This document shows positions 1 through 9,511 of a DNA stretch of 64,000 bases, one piece after another. Positions within the stretch are counted from its first letter, which is position 1; each line of letters starts with the position of its first letter. This DNA is from Symbiobacterium sp. Lineage in GTDB: Bacteria; Bacillota; Sulfobacillia; DUSP01; DYEP01. The notes under the pieces are model-generated. The model was given only the letters and a program-made list of their open reading frames with translations. It searched no databases and had not been told where the DNA came from. Where the stretch lies: contig DYEP01000006.1 in the NCBI GenBank assembly GCA_020725675.1, positions 12,160 through 76,159 of the forward strand, given 5' to 3'. A program made the translations under genes and the position numbers.

Positions 1-999
1 ACCTGTTCTCAAATACGGTCTCCGTGATCACGCTGGTACCCTCGGACACACTCATCAACGCCATGATCTGCGGCTGGACGTCCGTAGGAAAACCCGGGTA
101 CGGGAGGGTCTTCACATCCACCGCGGACGGCCGCCTGTCGCAGGCCACATGCAGCTTGCCTGTCTTCTCCTCAACGAGCACTCCCGACTCGCGCAGTTTG
201 GCGCTGACAGATTCAACGTGCTCTGGTATGACGTTGTCCAGGTATATGTCTCCGCCGGTGATGGCGCCTGCTATCATGAACGTCGCGGTCTCGATGCGGT
301 CCGGTATCACCTGGTGTTCGCACCCTCCAAGCCCGGACGTACCTTCTATACGAATAATGTCCATCCCCGCGCCCTTTACGTTGGCGCCCATCGCGTTCAA
401 GAAATTCTGAAGATCCACGATCTCCGGTTCCTTGGCTGCATTCCGGATGACCGTTGTGCCTTCCGCCAGCACTGCTGCCATCATAATATTCTCGGTCGCT
501 CCCACGCTTGGAAAATCCAAGTGGATCTCAGCGCCGGTAAGCTTCTTTGCCTCTGCGTGGATGTAACCGAACTTCTCGTTGATGTCCGCTCCCAATGCGG
601 CCAGACCTCTCAGGTGAAGGTCTATGGGGCGCGGACCGATGTCACACCCTCCGGGGTAAGCTACCCTTACCTTTCCAAGCCGGCCGAGCAAAGATCCCAT
701 TAGAAAGATGGAAGAGCGCATGGCCCGCGTGAGGTTTTCCTCGACCTCGTGTGTGATGATCCGCAATGGGTTCACCATCAAAGAGAGGCTTCCCGTGTTT
801 TCGTCCACCCTCTCTTCCACATCCGCCCCGAGCTTTCTCAGGATCTCAATCATCACCGACACGTCTCGCAGCCTGGGGGTATCCCTTATGACGCACTCCT
901 TCTCTGTCAGCAACATGGCTGCCAGCATGGGAAGCACGGCGTTCTTCGCCCCCGATATCCTTACTGTGCCGCTTAGCCTCTCTCCGCCCCTGATAATGT
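1..999 (-). CDS. murA: UDP-N-acetylglucosamine 1-carboxyvinyltransferase MurA, 3' (C-terminal) part truncated by window edge
   Basis: Manual translation of the minus strand gives ...RYIIRGGERLSGTV... at the N-terminus and ...FLMGSLLGRLGKVRVAYPGGCDIGPRPIDLHLRGL..., matching MurA motifs (LPGGCAIGSRPID). TTG start at ~999 is preceded by GGAGGTG SD. Not in ORF track because no stop in window. Confidence 0.8.
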
Positions 1000-1042
1000 A
1001 TCTGGACAATAAAGATCGCACCTCCGGTCGCAGCCGGTTCCT

Positions 1043-1945
1043 TCAAGTCCCGACAAACCTGATCTCCTCCTGCAAACGCACGCCATGCGTTTCCCACACT
1101 GTGTTCTTTATATGCTCCACAAGCATCCTTATGTCCTTGGCGGTGGCATTCCCCGTGTTCACTATGAAGTTGGCGTGAACAGGTGAAATCGTGGCCCCGC
1201 CGAGAGAAAAGCCTTTGAGCCCCGCTTCCTCTATGAGTCTTCCCGCTGAAAGCCCGGGCGGATTCTTAAAGACGCTGCCTGCGCTAGGATACGATAGAGG
1301 CTGGCTCTTTCTTCTCCGCGCGTTATATTCCTCGATCTTTCGTAGACTCGCTTCCGGATCTCCAAGGCCGAGTCTTGCGTTTAGGTACAGTACTACGCCC
1401 TGGCGTTCCTGAAGCACCGAATACCGATATCCAAACCTCATTTCGGCGCATGACAGCCACACTGCCCTCTTCTCATCCGGCCAAAATACACACACACTTT
1501 CCGTAACGTCTGAGATCTGGCCATCATAGGCGCCCGCGTTCTGAAACACCGCACCGCCTACGGTACCCGGTATACCTGATGCAAACTCAAGCCCGGTCAG
1601 CCCCCGACTAGCACACTCTCTGGACAGTACAGAAAGCCTGACAGCCGCCCCTGCCCTGACCTGAAGGCCCGAAAACATGGTTTCCCTGAAGGTCCCAGCC
1701 AGTATCAGCACAATTCCACGAATGCCATTATCCCCGACCACGACGTTTGTTCCAAGACCAAGCAGCGTAATGGGTACCCCCGCGTCCTCTGCCAATGCAT
1801 ACACCTGCTCAAGTTGGTCTTTGTCCTCGGCAGTCACGTAAAGATCCGCAGGGCCCCCCACCCTAATGGACGTATGTCGGGCCATGCTCTCGTTCAATCG
1901 TACCTTGATCCCTGCACTCTGTAGCCTGTCTGCGAGTTGTTTCAC
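1043..1945 (-). CDS. murB: UDP-N-acetylenolpyruvoylglucosamine reductase MurB
   Basis: 300 aa; N-terminus ...HTSIRVGGPADLYV... and C-terminal ...GGATISPVHANFIVN... are MurB hallmarks (FAD-binding). Confidence 0.9.
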   Translation of the reverse strand: MKQLADRLQSAGIKVRLNESMARHTSIRVGGPADLYVTAEDKDQLEQVYALAEDAGVPITLLGLGTNVVVGDNGIRGIVLILAGTFRETMFSGLQVRAGAAVRLSVLSRECASRGLTGLEFASGIPGTVGGAVFQNAGAYDGQISDVTESVCVFWPDEKRAVWLSCAEMRFGYRYSVLQERQGVVLYLNARLGLGDPEASLRKIEEYNARRRKSQPLSYPSAGSVFKNPPGLSAGRLIEEAGLKGFSLGGATISPVHANFIVNTGNATAKDIRMLVEHIKNTVWETHGVRLQEEIRFVGT

Positions 1946-3293
1946 GTTGTTTTAACCTCTCAAGCAGGGCGTATCCAATCTGCCACACATTTCCCGCCCC
2001 GATAGTCAATACCATATCTCCCGGGTGTGCCAGCGAAAGCGCTTCTTCAACCACTTTGGCGTGGTCCTCGATGTATCGGACATCTACCTTTGGGTCGGCA
2101 GCCACCGCCTGCGCTATCAGCTCAGCGCTGACTCCGGGGATGGGCTCTTCTCCTGCAGAGTACAGCCGGGTTACTATCAGGTGCCGTACACCGACAAAAG
2201 ACGGACCGAACTCCCGGTAAAGCCTGGCTGTGCGGGTATACCGGTGGGGCTGGAAGATGGCGATAACCTTGCCAGCCCCTGCCCCACACGCCGCCTCGCA
2301 TGTGGCGCGCACTTCGGTGGGGTGATGTGCATAATCGTCCACCACCACCACACCGTCAGCCTCCCCGAGCCTCTGAAACCGCCTGTTTACTCCAGTAAAC
2401 GCAGGCAGGGCGGTTTTCACCACTTCAAGGTCCACATCCAACAGGTACGAAACCGCTGCCGACGCCAGTGCATTTCTCACGTTGTGGATGCCGGGGACGT
2501 GCAGCCTCATTTGTATGCTGCGGCCGTCGGGGAATGCCACCTGAGAGCACGAGCCAAATGGGAACAGCTGCACCTGTTCCGCCCTTACGTGGCATCCTTC
2601 TGAAATCCCATAAAGCAACGGGCTTTGGTACTTTCTGTACATGGTTCTTATGACCGGGTCATCCCCGCACGCCACCGCGTGTCGTTTGGCCTGGCCAAGA
2701 AATTGAAGAAATGCCTGCTTGAGCCTTTGAAAATCTCCGCCGTAGTTATCCAGGTGATCGTTATCAATGTTAGTTACAACAGAGATGGACGGTTTTAGTT
2801 TTAGGAACGAACCATCACTCTCGTCCGCCTCCGCTACGAGGAAACAGCCCGTCCCCAGCTTGGCGTTACCGCCTATATCATTCAGCTCGCCCCCCACGAG
2901 TACAGTGGGGTCAAGACCCGCGCGCTCAAGGATAAGCCATATCATGGACGTGGTGGTCGTCTTGCCATGACTGCCAACTACCGCTATGCCGTAGCGTTCG
3001 TTCATCAAGGCCGCAAGCAGATCTCCCCGGTGCATGATGTTGAGTCTCAGTGTTCTGGCGCGCCTCAGCTCTTCGTTGTCTTCCGGTACCGCCGACGATA
3101 CGACGACAAAATCAGGAGACAGGAGGTTCTCCCCTGAATGCCCGATGAATATCTTGGCCCCCAACGCGCTGAGCCGCGAAGTGTTGAGTGACTCAGCCAT
3201 ATCAGAGCCTGTCACTTCATGACCCATCTCCATAAGCACCCGCGCGAGACCGCTCATACCGGCCCCCCCTATCCCGACAAAGTGAAACTTCAT
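1863..3293 (-). CDS. murC: UDP-N-acetylmuramate--L-alanine ligase MurC
   Basis: 476 aa; starts MKFHFVGIGGAGMSGLA (MurC N-terminal Rossmann motif), Mur ligase GSHGKTTT P-loop; ~30 aa non-conserved C-terminal tail overlaps murB start by 83 nt. Confidence 0.9.
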   Translation of the reverse strand: MKFHFVGIGGAGMSGLARVLMEMGHEVTGSDMAESLNTSRLSALGAKIFIGHSGENLLSPDFVVVSSAVPEDNEELRRARTLRLNIMHRGDLLAALMNERYGIAVVGSHGKTTTTSMIWLILERAGLDPTVLVGGELNDIGGNAKLGTGCFLVAEADESDGSFLKLKPSISVVTNIDNDHLDNYGGDFQRLKQAFLQFLGQAKRHAVACGDDPVIRTMYRKYQSPLLYGISEGCHVRAEQVQLFPFGSCSQVAFPDGRSIQMRLHVPGIHNVRNALASAAVSYLLDVDLEVVKTALPAFTGVNRRFQRLGEADGVVVVDDYAHHPTEVRATCEAACGAGAGKVIAIFQPHRYTRTARLYREFGPSFVGVRHLIVTRLYSAGEEPIPGVSAELIAQAVAADPKVDVRYIEDHAKVVEEALSLAHPGDMVLTIGAGNVWQIGYALLERLKQRETTRRQATECRDQGTIEREHGPTYVH

Positions 3294-3410
3294 GAGCTCT
3301 CCTCCTTTGTACGGGCCGGCATCCTCGTCGACTGCATTTCATACTATGCCTGCCGCCCCTCCCATGTTACTTCCGGGGGCAGGCCTGTCCACCCAATGGA
3401 CACGAAATGG

Positions 3411-4511
3411 TTATTTACGGCGCGCGGCCTTCGTCATCACCTCAACGATTCTCTTTGCGGCGTACGGCCTTCCAAGCGCGCTCGCAGCATTGCGCATGGA
3501 GGACAGTCGCTCCTCATCGAACAAAATCTGCAGCACTTTACCTGCAACTCGCCTGCCCTCCGCTTCTTTGTCTAAGATCATTACAGCGGCACCTTCCGAT
3601 ACGAGCAGCCGTGCGTTGTATTCCTGATGGTTCCCCGCCACGTTCGGTGACGGGATGAGCACGGAGGGTAAGCCTGCTGCAGTCACTTCCGCAATGGTCA
3701 TGGCGCCCGCCCTGCATACTACCAGGTCGGATGCAGCCAGTGCCTTGCCCATGTCGTACAGGTAAGCAAAAACACGCACTCTTTCGCCTGAAAGTCCTTC
3801 TCTGGCGAACTCTTCCGTGACCTGGTCGTAATATCTTGAACCCGTCACGAGGATCATCTGAGCATTTGACCTCTTTAGCAACTCTTTGGCAATTTCACAG
3901 GATGCATCCACGATGGTTTTGGCGCCCCTGCTCCCTCCTAGTACCAGCACGGTCTTCATGAAGGGGGACAGTCCGAGCGCACGCGACGCGTCATCCCTTT
4001 TTTCTCCCAGTATTCCAGCTCTGATCGGGTTTCCTGTAACATGTAGTCTCGCCTGGCGCGGGAAGTAACGGGCGCACTCCGTATAAGGCACGAAAACCCC
4101 CCTTGCCCACCTGCTCATCAGCCGGTTGGTCGCCCCTGGCAGCACGTTCTGCTCTTGAAGGAAATAGGGAACGGAGAGAAGTCTGGCAGCAAGCACCACG
4201 GGCCCGCTTACGTACCCACCCGTTCCGAGCACCACGTCAGGACGGAAGTGCCTGATGATGCGCGCTGCCTCCAGTACCCCAAGCGCTGCCACAAATACTC
4301 CCACCCCTGCCTGACCCGGCGACTTATTCAAAAGCCCCCTTACGGGGATGGTCTTGAACGGAATGCCTTCCCGCGGCACAATGTCGGACTCGAGCCCTTT
4401 CGATGTGCCAACATAGAGTACTTCTCCGCCCCGCCTTAGCAACTCACCTGCTACAGCCAGCGCCGGATAAATGTGACCACCGGTGCCGCCTCCCGTGACT
4501 AGTAGACGCAT
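3411..4511 (-). CDS. murG: UDP-N-acetylglucosamine--N-acetylmuramyl-(pentapeptide) pyrophosphoryl-undecaprenol N-acetylglucosamine transferase MurG
   Basis: 366 aa; MRLLVTGGGTGGHIYPALAVA... glycosyltransferase family 28 signature. Confidence 0.9.
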   Translation of the reverse strand: MRLLVTGGGTGGHIYPALAVAGELLRRGGEVLYVGTSKGLESDIVPREGIPFKTIPVRGLLNKSPGQAGVGVFVAALGVLEAARIIRHFRPDVVLGTGGYVSGPVVLAARLLSVPYFLQEQNVLPGATNRLMSRWARGVFVPYTECARYFPRQARLHVTGNPIRAGILGEKRDDASRALGLSPFMKTVLVLGGSRGAKTIVDASCEIAKELLKRSNAQMILVTGSRYYDQVTEEFAREGLSGERVRVFAYLYDMGKALAASDLVVCRAGAMTIAEVTAAGLPSVLIPSPNVAGNHQEYNARLLVSEGAAVMILDKEAEGRRVAGKVLQILFDEERLSSMRNAASALGRPYAAKRIVEVMTKAARRK

Positions 4512-4520
4512 TGTCTCCTC

Positions 4521-5618
4521 CTACTCGGTGGTATACCTGGAAATATTCAATAGGATCCCCACGCCAGTCATGGTAAACAACAGCGAGGAGCCTCCGGAAC
4601 TCAAAAAGGGCAAAGGGATGCCGGTGATGGGAATTGTCGCCGTCACGACGGCGATGTTGATGACCGCCTGCAGTGTGATCATGGTTGTGATGCCACACGC
4701 AAGGAGCGAGCCAAACACATCTGGAGCATTGAGGGCCACGCGGTATCCCCTCCAGGCAAAGAAAAAGAACAATAGGATCAATGTAGAGGTACCCAGGAAA
4801 CCGAATTCCTCGCCCAAGATGGCGAATATGAAGTCTGTGTGCTGCTCCGGGAGGTAGAAGAACTTCTGCCTGCTCCAGCCGAGGCCGACCCCGAGCGGCC
4901 CTCCCGACCCCAGGGCGTACAGTGATTGCACGATGTGATAACCGGTATCCTGCAGATCGGACCAGGGGTCAAGAAAGGCCAGGAACCTCCTCAACCTGTA
5001 TTCCTCGCTCGTCACCGCCCAGTAAAGGACAGGGACGGCGCCCATCGCCAGCAACAGCAAGTGAGACATGCTGGCACCTGCCGCAAACAGCATGATCCCT
5101 GCGGTGGCCGCTATGGCCACGGCGGTCCCGAGGTCTGGCTGTTTCAATATGAGCGCAAACACCACTCCACACAGTACCACGTATGGGAGCACCCCTGTTG
5201 TGAACGCTCGCATCTTTTTCCCTTTTGCAGACATGCTGGCGGCAAGAAAGATCACAAACGCCAGTTTCATCACTTCAGATGGCTGTATGCCGAGCGAGCC
5301 CACGCCGATCCACCGCCTCGCGCCGTGCGCAGCCCGGCCAATTCCGGGTATGAGCACGATAACCAAAAGTCCGAGCCCCCCAAGCAAGATAAGGGGGGCA
5401 AGACGCTTCAGATGCCGGTATTCGAAGTTCATTGAGAACAGCATCGCAGCGATGCCAATGGCAGCCCACGCCAGCTGGCGTTTGAGATAATAAAACCGGT
5501 CCCCATACAGCACCATCGACTTGACCGCGCTTGCCGAGAACACCATCACAAGGCCGATCCCCAGAAGGATGAGTGCGCAAAAGAGTATGGCCATGTCGGG
5601 ATAGCCGCGGTTCTTCAC
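4521..5618 (-). CDS. ftsW: SEDS-family peptidoglycan glycosyltransferase FtsW/SpoVE
   Basis: 365 aa polytopic membrane protein, FtsW/RodA/SpoVE family features; position between mraY and murG in dcw cluster. Confidence 0.8.
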   Translation of the reverse strand: MKNRGYPDMAILFCALILLGIGLVMVFSASAVKSMVLYGDRFYYLKRQLAWAAIGIAAMLFSMNFEYRHLKRLAPLILLGGLGLLVIVLIPGIGRAAHGARRWIGVGSLGIQPSEVMKLAFVIFLAASMSAKGKKMRAFTTGVLPYVVLCGVVFALILKQPDLGTAVAIAATAGIMLFAAGASMSHLLLLAMGAVPVLYWAVTSEEYRLRRFLAFLDPWSDLQDTGYHIVQSLYALGSGGPLGVGLGWSRQKFFYLPEQHTDFIFAILGEEFGFLGTSTLILLFFFFAWRGYRVALNAPDVFGSLLACGITTMITLQAVINIAVVTATIPITGIPLPFLSSGGSSLLFTMTGVGILLNISRYTTE

Positions 5619-5631
5619 AGCGCAAACCCCC

Positions 5632-6591
5632 TCATGCCCGAGTCAGCGATATGAGGATAAGGCCGAGTACGCCAAAAGCCAGTGAGGCGAGCCAGAAGCT
5701 CTTCACCACGCGTCTTTCGGACCAGCCACCTAGCTCAAAATGGTGATGTAGCGGCGCCATGCGGAACACCCGCTTGCCTGTGGACCGAAACGCCACTACC
5801 TGGATAATATCCGAAGCCGCCTCTGCCACAAACACCGCCCCTATAATGGGCAGGAACAACTCTGTCTTGGTCATGATCGCGAGCGCCCCGATAGTACCGC
5901 CCAGCGCGAGCGCTCCGGTGTCTCCCATAAATACCTTCGCTGGATGTATGTTATACATCAAAAACCCGGCAAGCGACCCGGATAGGCATAGCGACAGTAC
6001 AGCCAGACCTGCGTTCCCTTGAGCGCTAGCAATGAGGACAAATGCGAATGCCACTATCAAACTCACGCCGGCTGCAAGTCCATCAAGCCCGTCGGTAAGA
6101 TTCACGCCGTTGGCCGAACCTAGCATTAAGACTACCGCAAACGGTACATACAGCACGCCCAGATCCCACCTTGTCGACAGCAAGGGTACGATCACTTCCG
6201 TGCCAAGCTGCGCCTGCGCGAACATGCCCACGAACACCGCGATGCCTACCTGAACCAACAGCTTGTATCTTGCTCTGAGACCAAGCGTGCTCTTCATGAC
6301 AACTTTGAGGAAGTCATCGATAAGACCCAGGATGCCGAAACCGAGCCCCGAAGCAAGTACAACTAGCGTGGAGGGCGACCTATCAGACAGAGCCAGCGTC
6401 GCTACGACGAACGCACTGATGAACATCACACCGCCCATGGTTGGTGTTCCTGACTTGGACAGGTGGCGCAACGGTCCTTGCGACCGCACCGCCTGGCCCA
6501 GCTTCAGTCTGCGCAGCACCGGGATTACTACTGGGCCGAGCGCAAGACTGATCGCCCATGATGTGATAAGGGGTATCGCCATCCAGGTCAT
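5632..6591 (-). CDS. mraY: phospho-N-acetylmuramoyl-pentapeptide transferase MraY
   Basis: 319 aa membrane protein with MraY motifs (GLIDDFLKV, NGVNLTDGLDGLA, HHHFEL). Confidence 0.9.
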   Translation of the reverse strand: MTWMAIPLITSWAISLALGPVVIPVLRRLKLGQAVRSQGPLRHLSKSGTPTMGGVMFISAFVVATLALSDRSPSTLVVLASGLGFGILGLIDDFLKVVMKSTLGLRARYKLLVQVGIAVFVGMFAQAQLGTEVIVPLLSTRWDLGVLYVPFAVVLMLGSANGVNLTDGLDGLAAGVSLIVAFAFVLIASAQGNAGLAVLSLCLSGSLAGFLMYNIHPAKVFMGDTGALALGGTIGALAIMTKTELFLPIIGAVFVAEAASDIIQVVAFRSTGKRVFRMAPLHHHFELGGWSERRVVKSFWLASLAFGVLGLILISLTRA

Positions 6592-7940
6592 CTGCCCTCC
6601 CCTCCCAAATGGGCGATGAGGGCTTTCACAATCTCCTCCATCCGAGCCCCCCTGCTTCCCTTTACCAGTAAGACGTCGCCCGGCCTGACCCTTTCACGGA
6701 GCCACCCGGCCGCCTCCACGTTGGTATCAAAGTGTAGTGCCCTAGTGCCGCGAGCGCGTGCCTCCTCCGCAGTAACCCGCGTCAGTTCTCCCACGCACAC
6801 CACATAGTCTGCAAAAGAGGCATAGGCACCGACTTCCCTGTGTCCCTCCATGCTAACGTCTCCGAGTTCCAGCATGTTCCCAAGCACTGCGATCTTGCGG
6901 TCCCCCGGAGTGCTCCTCAGTACATCGAGCGCTGCTTTGCAAGATACAGGCGCCGCGTTGTACGCATCGTTAATAATGGTAAGCCCGCCCAGGGTGATGG
7001 TTTCCAGCCTCATTTCCGGGAGCTTCATCGTTTCCAACGCGCACACCATGGCCAGAGCATCTGCGCCCAGTATCATCCCAGTGGTCCAGGCTGCAGCCGC
7101 GTTCACCGCATTATGCAGCCCTGGAACAGGCAATCTTATTGAATAAGTGCCCTCCGGCGAGGAGAGTGTGACCTGTCTTCCATCAAAAGACACCACCCGG
7201 ACATCCGCCTGGCTGTGTCGGCCATACCAAAACACCTGACCGGAGAACTTCTCGCCGAGTTCCTGGCTATAACGGTCGTCCCTGTTTAACACCGCAATAC
7301 CTCTTGCGCCGAGGTAGTCCAGCAGTTCACCCTTTGCCCTGACTATCGCCTCCTGGCTTCCCAGGAGCTCCATGTGAGTCTGGCCGATGTTAGTGATGAC
7401 TCCTATGGAAGGTGCTGCCATCTCACAAAGGTAAGCGATCTGACCCGGGCCCCTCATAGCCATTTCAATCACAGCGGCGCGGTGCGTCGGCCTGAGGTCA
7501 AGTAGTGCCAGGGGCACCCCGATCTCCGTATTGTAGTTCTTCTCCGTCTTCAGCACAGGACCAAGGGCGGATAGCACGGCCCAGATCATCTCTTTTACTG
7601 TAGTCTTTCCCACGCTGCCGGTCACGCCCACGACGGGTATCTGAAAACGGCGCCTGTGGTATGCAGCCAGCGCTCCAAGGGCAGCAAGCGTGTCTTTCAC
7701 GAGGACCCTCGGGCCTTGAGTTGTACGGTCCGATACTAAAGCGGCCACAGCCCCCTGCTCTAGCGCTGCGTTCACGTAGCGATGGCCATCCGTGTGCTCT
7801 CCTGCGAGTGCGACAAAAAGGCTCCCCGTCACTGCCTTTCTACTGTCTGTGACCACATGTTCCACGCGGGTACCAGGGTCTGCGTCAAGAAGGTACCCGT
7901 CTGTGGCCCTGCTGACCTCTCCCAGAGTGAATAACGTCAT
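6588..7940 (-). CDS. murF: UDP-N-acetylmuramoyl-tripeptide--D-alanyl-D-alanine ligase MurF
   Basis: 450 aa Mur ligase (GVTGSVGKTT P-loop); 4-nt overlaps with mraY and murE typical of dcw clusters. Confidence 0.85.
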   Translation of the reverse strand: MTLFTLGEVSRATDGYLLDADPGTRVEHVVTDSRKAVTGSLFVALAGEHTDGHRYVNAALEQGAVAALVSDRTTQGPRVLVKDTLAALGALAAYHRRRFQIPVVGVTGSVGKTTVKEMIWAVLSALGPVLKTEKNYNTEIGVPLALLDLRPTHRAAVIEMAMRGPGQIAYLCEMAAPSIGVITNIGQTHMELLGSQEAIVRAKGELLDYLGARGIAVLNRDDRYSQELGEKFSGQVFWYGRHSQADVRVVSFDGRQVTLSSPEGTYSIRLPVPGLHNAVNAAAAWTTGMILGADALAMVCALETMKLPEMRLETITLGGLTIINDAYNAAPVSCKAALDVLRSTPGDRKIAVLGNMLELGDVSMEGHREVGAYASFADYVVCVGELTRVTAEEARARGTRALHFDTNVEAAGWLRERVRPGDVLLVKGSRGARMEEIVKALIAHLGGEGR

Positions 7941-9424
7941 ATGCCAAGCGCCTCCAGTGCTTCCCGTGCTACCTCTTTGTCGTCAAAGTGTATGGTGCGG
8001 TCCCGGAATATCTGGTATGTCTCGTGCCCCTTACCCGCTATGACAACCACGTCCTTTTCTCGGGCGAGGCGTATCGCAGAAAAAATCGCCTGCCTCCTGT
8101 CAGTTTCGCAAGTATACTCCCCAGGACCCTCCCGCGCTCCCGCCAGCACCTCTTCGATAATAGCCTCCGGGTCCTCGCTCCTTGGGTTGTCTGATGTGAT
8201 AATCGCCACGTCTGCCAAAGTAGTGCTAATCTTCCCCATGATCGGCCGCTTGGTGCGGTCTCTGTCACCCCCGCAGCCAAACACCACAATAAGCCTGCCC
8301 GATGTAAGTTCGCGTGCAGATTTTAGCACATTCAAAAGCCCGTCGGGGGTGTGCGCATAGTCCACAATGACGCTGAATGCGCCGCTGTATACTGTTTCGA
8401 ACCTGCCCGGCACACCCTTTTTGAGCCGCAGCGCCTCGACAGCGGTCTTGGCATCTATGCCACGCGAGGTGCAAGCGGCGATGGCGGCGAGCGAGTTGTA
8501 CACGTTGAAACGGCCAGATAAGGAAAGCACTACACGGCCCGTATATACGGGGGAAATGAGAGTGTACTCGGTAGACCCCGCCGAGATGGATATGTCTTGT
8601 GCCCGGAATTCACAGGATTCATGTATACCGTAAGTTACCACGTGTGCTCCAGTTCGACCAGCAAAGAACTCGCTCGCCGGGTCGTCTGCGTTCAGCACGG
8701 CAGTGTCCTCTTCTTTTAGCATTTCAAACAGCCTGGCCTTAGCCCTCCTGTACGCGTCAAAGCTGCGGTGAAAATCCAGGTGATCCTGGGTCAGGTTGGT
8801 GAACACCCCCACATCGAACTGACACCCGGTCACCCTGTGCATCTCAAGCGCGTGCGATGACACTTCCATGGAGCATGCAGCGTCGCCGGCCCGGACCATC
8901 AAGTGGAAAAAACGCTGCAGGTCCGGAGCCTCCGGCGTGGTGTGCTCCACCGGAAGCCTCTGGCCTCCGATGATATTCTCGATGGTTCCGATCAAACCGC
9001 ACCTTCGGCCGCTGAGTTCGAGTATAGCCCGGATGAGGTGAGTGGTCGTGGTCTTTCCGTTGGTGCCCGTTACCCCATAAAGCTCCAACCGGCTGGACGG
9101 ATTGTCATAAAACCGCAGGGAAACCAGCGCCATTGCTACTCTTGAATCAGGTACAACTACCTGCGGAACGGATACATCCAGTTGCCTTTGGAGTATGAGT
9201 GCAACTGCCCCTGCTTTCACTGCTTCATCTGCGAACATATGGCCATCCCGGTTATATCCGGGTACGCAGATGAATACGTCGCCGGGCGCTACCCTTCTTG
9301 AATCGTAGGAGATCCCGGTACACTCGACGTCTTGCCCGATAAACGCTTCATGCTCAACAAACCTTACAAGTTCACTGAGTTTCATTGGGCACGGGCCAAA
9401 CCCAGTTCCTCCTTTTCTGAACAT
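7937..9424 (-). CDS. murE: UDP-N-acetylmuramoyl-L-alanyl-D-glutamate--2,6-diaminopimelate ligase MurE
   Basis: 495 aa Mur ligase (GVTGTNGKTTTT), DNPR motif near C-terminus consistent with meso-DAP-adding MurE. Confidence 0.85.
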   Translation of the reverse strand: MFRKGGTGFGPCPMKLSELVRFVEHEAFIGQDVECTGISYDSRRVAPGDVFICVPGYNRDGHMFADEAVKAGAVALILQRQLDVSVPQVVVPDSRVAMALVSLRFYDNPSSRLELYGVTGTNGKTTTTHLIRAILELSGRRCGLIGTIENIIGGQRLPVEHTTPEAPDLQRFFHLMVRAGDAACSMEVSSHALEMHRVTGCQFDVGVFTNLTQDHLDFHRSFDAYRRAKARLFEMLKEEDTAVLNADDPASEFFAGRTGAHVVTYGIHESCEFRAQDISISAGSTEYTLISPVYTGRVVLSLSGRFNVYNSLAAIAACTSRGIDAKTAVEALRLKKGVPGRFETVYSGAFSVIVDYAHTPDGLLNVLKSARELTSGRLIVVFGCGGDRDRTKRPIMGKISTTLADVAIITSDNPRSEDPEAIIEEVLAGAREGPGEYTCETDRRQAIFSAIRLAREKDVVVIAGKGHETYQIFRDRTIHFDDKEVAREALEALGI

Positions 9425-9511
9425 AACTCAATACTTAGCAAATCTTTCCTGTGAAACTAGTATACCCGGTTTGTTCTCTTTGTATCGACAGGGTTTTCTG
9501 CATTCGGGTTC

